This document shows, piece after piece, positions 1 through 9,621 of a stretch of DNA of 40,634 bases (its first letter is position 1; the number at the start of each line of letters is the position of its first letter). Source of the stretch: Squalus acanthias (Eukaryota); NCBI GenBank assembly GCA_030390025.1, contig JASTWF010000364.1, positions 434,001 to 474,634 on the forward strand, given 5' to 3'. Position numbers and translations under genes: made by a program. The notes beneath the pieces are model-generated. The model did not search any database, was not told the origin of the DNA, and worked only from the letters and a program-made list of their open reading frames with translations.

Positions 1-1545
1 TAACGTACAGGGTGGATAAAGGGGAACCAGTGGATGTGGTGTATTTAGACTTCCAAAAGGCATTTGACAAGGTGCCACACAAAAGATTATTGCTTAATGT
101 GGTAACACAATACAGCTTCCTGTGACTCGAACTTTATTGCATCACTTCCTGTGATTAGTCCAGGATAAATACGGGACTGATCAGTTGGATCCTGGAGAGG
201 CATAGAGTAAGACCTCTTTTGTATGTAGCAGCTTTTTAGTTGATTAAAGCTTACTTTAAGTTCACCACGCGTAAGGCTCATTCTTACGACACTTAAGATT
301 AAAAAAATCACGGGATTGGGGTAATATTCTGGCATGGATAGAGGATTGGCTATCTAGCAGAAGGCTCATTCTCAGACTGGCAATCAGTAACTAGTGGTGT
401 TCCGCAGGGGTCAGTGCTGGGTCCCCAACTCTTTACAATCTATATTAACGATTTGGAGGAGGGGACCGAGTGTAACATATCAAAGTTTGCAGATGATACT
501 AAGATGGGAGGGAAAGTAGTGAGTGAGGAGGACATAAAAAATCTGCAAGGGGACATAGACAGGCTAAGTAAGTGGGCAGAGATTTGGCAGATGGAATACA
601 ATACTGGAAAGTGTGAGGTTATGTACTTTGGCAGGAAAAATAGTAGAGCAAGTTATTATCTAAATGGCAAGAAACTGGAAAGTACTGAAGTACAAAGGGA
701 TCTGGGGGTCCTGGTGCACGAAACTCAAAAGGTTAGTATGCAGGTGCAGCAAGTGATTAAGAAGGCCAATGGAATGTTGGCTTTCATTGCTAGGGGGATA
801 GAATATAAAAATAGGGAGGTATTGCTTCAGTTGTACAAGGTATTGGTGAGACCGCACCTGGAATACTGCATACAGTTTTGGTGTCCTTACTTAAGACGAC
901 ATACTTGCTCTCGAGTCAGTACAAAGAAGCTTCACTCGGTTAATCCCGGGGATGAGGGGATGGACATATGAGGAGAGGTTGGGTAGATTGGGACTCTACT
1001 CATTGGAGTTCAGAAGAACGAGAGGCGATCTTATTGAAACATATAAGATTGTGAAGGGGTTGGATCGGGTGGATGCGGGAAGGATGTTCCCGATGATGGG
1101 TGAAACTAGAACTAGGGGGCATAGTCTTAGAATAAGGGGCTGCTCTTTCAAAACTGAGATGAGAAGGAACTACTTCACTCAGAGGGTGGTAGGTCCATGG
1201 AATATGCTGCCTCAAAAAGCTGTAGAAGCTACATCATTACATAAATTTAGAACAGAAATAGACAGTTTCCTAGAAGTAAAGGGAATTAAGGGTTATGGGG
1301 AGCGGGCAGGAATTTGGACATGAGTCTAGGTTCGGATCGGTCATGGCCCTTTGGGTAGCGTAGCGGGCCCAGGGGCCGTGTCGCCTGATCCTGCTCCTAT
1401 TTTGTGTGTCCAATTCTGTTAGATTCAGGAGATGGTTCCGTGATAGTAGATTGGCGGTTAGGATCAGATCAGCCATGATCTTATTGAATGGCGGAGCAGG
1501 CTCGAGGGGCCAATTGGCCTACTCCTGCTCCTATTTATGTTCTTA
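1..1545 (+). mobile_element. CR1-clade LINE, 3' part (RT C-terminus, frameshifted) with 3' UTR
   Basis: ORFs 414-971 and 952-1323 carry [31 protein letters not shown] motifs; 3' tail GGCGGAGCAGGCTCGAGGGGCC..CCTACTCCTGCTCCTATTT at about 1490-1545; nearly identical to 16058-17406. Confidence 0.95.
98..291 (+). mobile_element. 194-bp solo LTR inserted in CR1
   Basis: Begins TGTGGTAA, ends TTACGACA (7/8 inverted termini, TG..CA); 5-bp TSD CTTAA at 93-97 and 292-296; absent from the sister CR1 copy at about 16150; ATTAAA at 243-248. Confidence 0.85.
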
Positions 1546-1912
1546 AGCGACCTAGGGACCAAGACACGGTCCGAGGAGATGTGTCTTCCAGCCACAAACG
1601 GGGATCCAAACGACTGCGGCTATCCGTAGTCCGATTAATCCGATAGAAGGAAGTCACCGGACTTCCAATCCTTCAGGCGGGAAGAATGACATGAATGTCA
1701 TTCATGAAAGAAAGACTTATGAAATAATACTGAGTGGCCTGTGGGTGGCGCTGTCCAGGGAGAGTATAAATACTCGGGCACGGGCCCAGCTTGCGCAGGA
1801 CATTCTTAACAGGAACTAGTGAAGGACACAACTAGACCGCCATGTTGTAAAACAGTTGATTAAACCTTTGTTTAACGCTTAAGACCAAGTGCCTAGTAGT
1901 TTTCTTACGTCA
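1546..1912 (+). mobile_element. Probable 5'-truncated LTR (Gypsy-like)
   Basis: TATAAA near 1765, ATTAAA near 1859, ends TTCTTACGTCA like the TTCTTACGACA end of the 98-291 solo LTR; retroviral gag-like sequence starts immediately after; no 5' TG or TSD found. Confidence 0.55.
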
Positions 1913-4866
1913 CGGGGTATAGTGGGTCTGCAGTTGGTGGGGGAATTAGCTCTAGAAAAGCAGGAAAGGAGGGCTGTAGAACAGTCTTCCCGGGCTGCCG
2001 AGGAGTATCTACAGTGCCAAGTAACAGAGGCCGAGCTCAACGAGCAAATTCTCTGGGAGGAAAACTCCCGTTTAGCTGCGAAAGCTGAAGGGCGAGACAG
2101 CCAGTGTAATGATATCAAAACCGCCTACAGGGCAGCAAGAAGGAGGGGTTTTGAGGATTGTAGTCACGATCAGTCCGAGGAAAAGATCAGGAAGCTACAA
2201 AGGGCTTTGGCTGGGGCTCGAGGCATGGTGTGCTTAATGGCGCCAGGTGGATCTGTAGAGTTTCGCAATTATCGCGATTCAAAAATGAGAAGCAGCAGAT
2301 TCTATTGATCATTTTTATTAAACGAAATGCTGTCCTGATAATAAAGGACACAGAAGCCTGTAAAATGGCCGCATCATGGCAGAGGCTTCCAGAGACACAG
2401 TGGGCAGACAAGATGGCGTCGAATATACATTCAGTATGAGATCGGATCATACTCGGTACACATTGATAAGGCAGGATGCAACCCGTTTGCATCCTAGACA
2501 ATAGCAATGATATAAGTGCTGGAATCGTTTCCTACGCACAGTAAGGATCATTGAACTGGGCCATCGAGAACCCATCCAGACACATCAATACACAAATAAC
2601 CCCCCGGCTCAACAATGACACACACATTGGCGGGTGATTAAGCCAGTATTCAGGGGGCCCCAAAACCAGTCGAGGAGATGATTCATACACATCCTGGCTG
2701 GCTCAACAATGGAGAAGGCATTAACGGATAGTTGGCCAGTTTCAGGTGCTACTGAAACCCGTTAAGAAGATAATCACCCCATGCTGGGAGTTTTGGGCGC
2801 CAAAAATCACACAAAGGATAACAACATTTAGATTTGAGCGGGAGATAAGGCCGCCATAACAGTATAACTATAGAGGACAAATGTCCATCGGTCTCTTGAT
2901 TCGCTCTCTCGATTCCTTGTCTCTCTTGACTCTTCCTGAAGCTCTTGCTGGACTCTCTTGACTCTTGGCCGTGCTGGTCGGTTATTCGAGTGTCGGGTGG
3001 AGCTCAATCGGAACGAGCCGCCTCGATAGGGCAAGTAACAGGGTACACCATCCAGAGTGTCGGTAAACGGTGTCCGGACCCGGAGGCCCGAGTGACGAGA
3101 AGAAAGACGAGAAGAAATTCCACGTGCCGCCACGGTCAGTAAACCCCGACCGCGCCCGAAGATATAACGACAGAACCCATCTTTGAATTCTACCGACTAC
3201 TACATGTACCGTTTTCTTTGAATCCATCGATTACTTCATGACATCAGGGAGTCTGGCTTGCCTTTCGCGGCAGCGAGAGTAAACAAGTGGGGTGCTGAAA
3301 CCCTCACAACCACGTGACAGTCAGGCGCTGCAGCGAAACGCGCTGAGTGCCCCACTTTAAATTTCCGAAGTAAGCAGAGTGGTGAGCATGTTTTGCGATC
3401 CTACAAATCCAGACGTAATTTAGGTATATTGAGGGAGGGTGGTTTTTCTAAGGTTAATGTATAATGTGTTCCCCTTTTTACGATGTGCCGTGTGTTCCCC
3501 ATTTCCATAGACCAAGTTTTATGAACGTGTGTATACTTGTACTCTTTGATCTGCGCCTATGACATGTATTTCATGATTTTAGACGCCATGCAATAAAGAT
3601 ATTCATTTCGTGCTATTCAACCAGGTCTATTTGAGTCTTTCTCTGCATTACTGCTCCTTGCATCTAAGTCCAGGTGTCAGAACCGTAAGGGCGAGTGGGT
3701 CGAACCACTCACAGGTGCTTATTGCAAAAGTCTGGCCGGAGACCAGAGCAAGCAATAGTATAGGCAACGAAGGCCTCACCTCGCACCAGTACCGTGACCC
3801 CCTTACAGATCCCAGTTAGACTGGGAAGAGGATAGGCCCCCAGCAGAACTGCCGGTAGCAGTACAGGAGGAAGTAGCTCCGCCAGTGGGCAGGGAGCAAC
3901 CGGGCCCCATGTGTCCATTGCGGCAGCGGAGGTATGGTCAGCCGGCATCCAACGGTGACGAGGGCCCACTCCAAAACCACTACGTGGTCCCGTTCACGAC
4001 TCCTCAGCTCCAAACGATGGTGGAGGGGCTGAAAAAACTTAGCATCAAAGGGGACCCCACAGTCCATTTCGCTAAGGTAGAACAGATAGGGGGCTTAAAC
4101 AAGTGTAACGATGCGGAAACGCATAAGTTACTTCTATTCTTACTTCTATTCTCCCTAGAAGGGACACTATACCAAAGCCTGTCCACTGCCTCTAAGGTGG
4201 GACGAGGCACTATAGTGGGGCTCCAGGGGGAAATCCTACGAGCCATGGGCCATACACAGGGGAGTCCATTTTCCCTAGTTGAGAATACCCTGCAGATGCC
4301 CGGAGAAGCGCCGATTGCATTTGACGGCAGGCTCTGGCCCGTCTACGCCAAGGCCACAGTGGGCACACCAGACCGAGCGCAACTGCTCGGGGAGGTCCGT
4401 AATCACTGGCTAAGGACCCTGGTTGCGAAAAGCCTCCCAGGTTTTCGAGACAAGGCCGACGCCTGGTTCGAAGCGAGGTCCTCGCTAACACCGAGGCCGG
4501 GGTGCTTAGAAAGCTCACCATGGCTTTCAAGTCCCTGGGTGGGGAGGAGGAGAAGCAACAGGGGAGGGTCAGTAAGATGAAGGCCGGTAAGGGGGAAAAG
4601 GAAGGAATGGTGTCAGGAAGGGCCCCACACTAGCGAGTCAAAAGCTTGTTTTCAGTGTGGACAGATGGGGCATTGGAGGCGGGAGTGTCCAACCCAGAAA
4701 GGCCTCCCGGGAAGAAGTCCCCAAACACCGACACGAGGGAGACCAGCCAGCAGTCAGGATACGAGGTCCTAGTGGCTGCCCTCCATACATTGATGGGCAA
4801 GGACACCGGTAAACTTGATGCTGCAGTCAGCGAGGTCATACCGAGTGCTCCAGTGGGTCACCCTGA
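1913..4866 (+). pseudogene. gag: gag of older element (split by solo LTR 2254-3807; frameshifted)
   Basis: Coiled-coil segment 1913-2253, capsid-like ORF 3885-4580, zinc knuckle CFQCGQMGHWRREC from 4647, ends at TGA(CTAG) 4864-4866. Confidence 0.85.
2254..3807 (+). mobile_element. 1554-bp solo LTR of a related retrovirus-like family
   Basis: TGTAGAG...CCTTACA termini; 4-bp TSD GATC (2250-2253, 3808-3811); collinear homology with LTR 23417-24767; TATAACTATA 2863-2872, AATAAA 3592-3597; gag reads through once it is removed. Confidence 0.95.
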
Positions 4867-6143
4867 CTAGGGCGCGCTCAGCCTGAGTACCTGTGCCCGC
4901 TCATCTACGATGAGTGGGGCAGGCCCTGTGTGTGGATGGGGGTGGAAACGGTCATGGGGAAGTACCCGGTGGACACCGGAGCCTCGAGCATGGTGATCCA
5001 TTCCAAGGACCCGACCAATTCACCCTGGTCCAGTAAAGTCCCCTTCAGTTTGATGGGGTTTCCCGGGGATGAGCAGGCGGGAGCAAGGTCAACTCCCTTT
5101 ACCATTAAGCGAGGTTCCCTCACCAACAAATGGGAGTGCGTTCTCATGAAATGGGATCAGCCCGGGTGGGGAGTCCTTGGGTCCGACTTCATGTTGGCCC
5201 ACAGGATCATTGTAGATTTTAGGAACCATTGCTTGTGGGGAGCGGTGAATGAGGTAGTGGTGATACCCAGAGACAAGGAGGGGGAACGAGGGAGCGTCTG
5301 CAGCATGAAGCCCCGGGGTCATTACGACCTAAAGGTTTTGGTCAGTAACACCCCGCTCCAGTACCAGGCAGAGGTGCGGAGCAATTTAGATGCTTTCGCC
5401 ACCCACAAGCACGACTGTGGACGGGTGACTGGGGTAGAGGTTAGAGTAGACGGGGATCCCATGTCTAGGCCCCAAAAACAGTATCGTTTTCCCAGGGAAT
5501 CGGAGGCAGACTTGGAGATGGCACTGGGTTCCCTGGTAAAGCAGGGTGTGTTGAGGCCGATTGCCACCCATGTGAACTCTCCCCTTTGGCCGGTCAAGAA
5601 ACCGGAGGGGTCATGGAGAGCCACAGTGGACTATCGGGTCCTCCACAATAATATCCCAGCCTGCGCGCCCACAGTCGCGGCTGTAGCGGACCGAATTGGA
5701 AATATTCCAGCCACCGCGACCACGTTCTCGGTTCTGGTCGATTCCCCTTCGACGGGAAGACCAGTATAAGTTCGCCTTTACATTTAAGGGCCAACAGTAT
5801 ACTTGGACGTGTCTTCCCCAGGGGTTCCATAACAGCCCCTCCATCTTCCACCAGAGCATGGCTAATGCTCTGAAGAATTTTAGCCAGCCCCAGCAGATGG
5901 TTCAGTATGTGGACGACATTCTCCTCTTTAGTGATAAGGAGGAGCACGGGCCACTGCTGAGCGAGCTGCTGAAATTACTCAGGGATGCGAGTTTCAAAGT
6001 CAACCCAAAGAAGGCTCAGGTCGGTCAGAAGGAAGTAACATTTCTCGGGCTGACCGTCCGAGCAGGGGAAAGGGGGAATCGATGATGCCCGACGAAAGGC
6101 AGTACAGGAGCTCCCAGCCCCCAAGACGGTGTCAGGGGTGAGG
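4867..6143 (+). pseudogene. pol: pol of older element, 5' part (protease and RT)
   Basis: VDTGAS protease motif; NSPLWPVKKP, LPQGFHNSP, QYVDD RT motifs; a short deletion near 5730 removes the LDISNG-equivalent segment and shifts the frame. Confidence 0.93.
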
Positions 6144-6297
6144 AGTTGGATATATTTCTTAAGGCTAAAGGGATCAAGGGATATGGGGAGAAGGCAGGGA
6201 CAGGGTTCTGAATTTGGATGGTCAGCCACGATCGCATTGAATGGCGGAGCAGGCTCGAGGGGCTGAATGGCCTATTCCTGCTCCTATCTTCTATGTT
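6144..6297 (+). mobile_element. CR1 LINE 3' end fragment
   Basis: ..AAAGGGATCAAGGGATATGGGGAGAAGGCAGG..TGA then AGCCACGATCGCATTGAATGGCGGAGCAGGCTCGAGGGGC..CCTGCTCCTATCTTCTATG, matching the other CR1 tails in the window. Confidence 0.85.
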
Positions 6298-6489
6298 AAC
6301 CCCCAATACTTCTGAGCCCAGTGGGACCCAACAATTTCCAATGTGGGACTGTGAAGGGAGTTGGATTCTAGGGGAGATTAAATTGCTAAACAGATGCTGT
6401 CCATACAGTGTAAAAGATTATCGTTTTAGGAACAAGTATTTCTGTAGAGGCTTTCAATCCATTTTATATATGCAGATTTTTTAATTCAT

Positions 6490-6786
6490 TCGATGTGGGT
6501 GTCACTAGCAGGGCCAGCAGATATTGCCAGTCCCCAGTTGCCCGTTAAGGTGATGCTGGGCCTTCTTGAACCTCTGCAGTCCGTGTGGTGAAGGTACTCT
6601 CAGAATGCTGTTAGGTGAGGAGTTCCAGGATTTTCACCGAGCGATAATGTAGGAACGGCGATATATGTCCAAGTCAGGATAGTGTGTGACTTGGAGGGGA
6701 ACTGGGAGGTGATGCTGTTCCCATGCACCTGCTGCCCTTGTCCTTCTAGGTGGTGGAGGTCACGTGTTTGGGAGGTTCTGTCAAAG
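6490..6786 (-). mobile_element. 3' end fragment of the second LINE family (as at 18412-20145), antisense
   Basis: Reverse complement matches about 19890-20140 (e.g. CCTCCCAAACACGTGACCTCCACCACCTAGAAGGACAAGGGCAGCAGGTGCATGGGAAC). Confidence 0.85.
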
Positions 6787-7600
6787 TTCGAGTCGAGTTG
6801 CAGATCTATAAAGTCACTCTCCTTCACTCCTCCCCCTCCCACCCTCTCCTCCCATAGAGGCCAGAGTCTTGTGTAGGCCCATGCCGGGTGGCGGGTTCCC
6901 TTCCCTGAAGGACATTAGTGAACCAGTTGGGTTTTTACGACTATCCGGCAGCTTTCATGGTCACTTTTTTCTGGTGCTGGCCCCACAAATTCCCAGATTC
7001 ATTCAGCTCAATTTCACAACCTGTCTGTTTTTTGTGGGTTCTCTCTCACCCTCCCTTTTTCCTGTTTTAAATTCATTTTACAGGGTGTTAGAAGGGGAGA
7101 ATTTGCAGACGGGAAACTCAAACCAAACATCATTTCAAGATCTGACAGTCACTCGATTCATCAGGAACTTTGAACATGGAAGCAGAAAGCACCGTCCAGA
7201 GCGGGGAGAAACCGTACACGTGTTGTGTGTGTGGACGAGGCTTCAGCCGATCATCTTGCCTGTCGAGACACAAGCACAGTCACACCGGGGAGAGGCCGTT
7301 CACCTGCTCCGAGTGTGGGAAGGGATTCGCTCAGTCATCCGACCTGCTGACACACCAGCGAGTTCACACAGGGGAGAGACCTTTTAAATGCCCGGTTTGT
7401 GGAAAGTGTTATAAAAGTCCCGGGGAACTGATGTGTCTATGATACATGGTGTACCCCAGGACAGCGTACACATGCACAGTGGAAGGGGTATGGGACGTGG
7501 AGGAGGGACTCAGGGTCGGGACATCTGCGTGGATGGTTCCACTACCGTGTCCAACGGGGAGCGGCTCACAGGTTGCGGGATTTATGACCCGACTGCTCAG
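6669..7600 (+). repeat. About 930-bp block, copy 1 (LINE fragment + intron + ZNF exon + pol fragment)
   Basis: High-identity direct repeat of 12966-13897, from CCAAGTCAGGATAG to GACTGCTCAG. Confidence 0.93.
7176..7442 (+). pseudogene. C2H2 zinc-finger exon, truncated in finger 3 (copy 1)
   Basis: [16 protein letters not shown]..; two complete CX2C..HX3H fingers with TGERPF linkers; third finger broken at the junction with pol; polypyrimidine tract and TTTTACAG acceptor ending 7083. Confidence 0.9.
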
Positions 7601-9431
7601 GTAGAGAAGGTCATAAAACTCCCCGGCACCATGAGCGCTCAGCACGCCGAACTGGCGGCCGTGGCCTACGTGGTGACCCACCCCAAAGAGTTCCCCCTCC
7701 ATATACCATTTGCTCGGATTCAATGTTCACGTGCAACTCTTGCACTGAATATTTGGCAATCTGGGCAAGACGATGGTTTAAATCCGCCGACGGGAGACCC
7801 CTGGCCACAGCATGGTTGCTCCACAAACTCGAAGAATAGAGGGGATTATTACATCCACAAGGTAAAGGCCCATTCGAAGACAGAACCCCGTGGGGAGGGG
7901 AACCAGAGGGCAGACCAATTAGCAAAGAAGGGAGCTAGAGAGGGAACCCTGTGGGATCCGGGGAAAGCGGCCCCAGTAGCAGCCATCCGGGAAAGGGGAG
8001 GAACACCAGGGATCGCTCTAGCCCCGGACCTTAAACAGGCACAGGACCCCATTCTCAAGGCCGTCCTATTAGGTAGGGAGAAGGGGGAGGCAATAGAAGG
8101 TCCCTTTGGCGCTGTTGACATCAGCGTTAAGGACGGGATGTTGTTTAAGGGGGACCGGTGGGTGGTCCCAGTACAGCATTGGGAGGACTTTCTCCAGCTA
8201 GCTCACAGGGACCCCAGGGCGGGACACCCGGGACCAGAGACCACTTGGCAGCGAGTAGAAGAGGCAGGGTGGTGGCCGCAGCTAAGGGAGGATGTAAGGG
8301 GTTTCTGCACACATTGTTTAGTGTGCACAGCTAACAATCCCGACCCTCAGCGCAGGAAGGCTCCTTTGGGACACACCAGGAGGGTCGAGGGACCATGGCG
8401 ATCGGTGCAGATCGATTTTATTGGGCCCCTACCCACCACAAAATCTGGGAATAAGTACTGCTTAGTCCTGGTGGATGCGTTCTCCAAGTGGGTGGAAGCT
8501 TTTCCTTGCCGGGCAGCTACAGCCCTGGCCACTGCTCGTATACTGGTCAAGGAAGTGTTCAAGGTGGGGGCTGCCCCAGGTAGTGGAATCCGACCAGGGG
8601 AGCCATTTGACGGGGCAGGTCATGCAGACGACCCTCAAGCTCTTGGGGATAGAAGGGAAGCGGCTTGTGGCTCACAACCCCCAGTCATCGGGGATTGTGG
8701 AGCGCATGAACCGGACCCTGAAGGAACGGTTGAGGAAGGAGGTGGGCCAGTTCCCAAAGTCATGGGACGAGGTCCTGTCTCTGATCCTCCTGGGGGTCCG
8801 GGCCAGCCCTTCCAGGAGCACAGGTTATTCCCCATACGAGGTAATGACCGGGAGGACTATGCGTGCCCCAACCCACGTGTTGGCGCCGGTCCTCACCGAG
8901 TCTCAGCTCCAGGAGGTCGACCGGGATAGGTTGGTTCAGAACTTGTACACGACCTTAAAACAGGTCTACGGGCGGGCAGCCCACAACCTGGAGATACAAC
9001 ATCGCCAGAACAAATTGTTGTTGGAGCCTCAGCGCACACACGAATGGGAGGTAGGGGATAAGGTCATGGTCCGTAACTATGCTCGGGTAGGGGTGTTTGA
9101 GCCTTTATACACGGCACCATTCGCGATTGTGGACAAAGCCAGTCCTATGGCCTATGCCATAAAACTCCCTCGGCGCACGAAGTGCTTCCACATCAATCAG
9201 TGCAAGCTGTTTAAGCCCGAGGGGGGAACCACGCGGGCCGTGCGCCACAAGGGTAGAATTATGAGCATGATTGAGACGAGTCTCCCTCCCTGGATGTGGG
9301 ATGAGGGTGACCCGATACCGGACGATCCGGTAGCAGGGGTAGTAAGAAGGGGCAGTCGAGTCCGGCAGCCATGGGCGCCGTGGACACCACCTTACTCACC
9401 CCCAGTCAGCCGCAAGAGGCCCTGGACATAG
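7447..9431 (+). pseudogene. pol: pol of older element, 3' part (RNase H, integrase, GPY/F-like C-terminus)
   Basis: CVDGS..SAQHAELAA..HKVKAH..GNQRAD RNase H; H..H..C..C zinc motif; QIDFIGP, ESDQGSH, GIVERMN DDE; several frameshifts. Confidence 0.93.
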
Positions 9432-9621
9432 GTCGTGGGGCTCTCTAGGGCTGGGGCCAGCAGGCCCAGCTTTGTACATTTTCCGTTCTTTAAGGTTACG
9501 TTTGCGGGTGTTTTGTTTTGTGAACCTTTGTATCTGTGGAGGAAATACACCCTCACAGGGTGGAATTGTTTGGTTGTTTGTTTTGCAGGTTTTTTTTCCC
9601 CCCCAAAGGGAAGGAAGAAAG

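Noticed and set aside
2254..3807. This LTR as the 5' LTR of the older gag-pol-env element
   Set aside because: Flanked by a GATC TSD, no PBS follows, and gag is continuous across it
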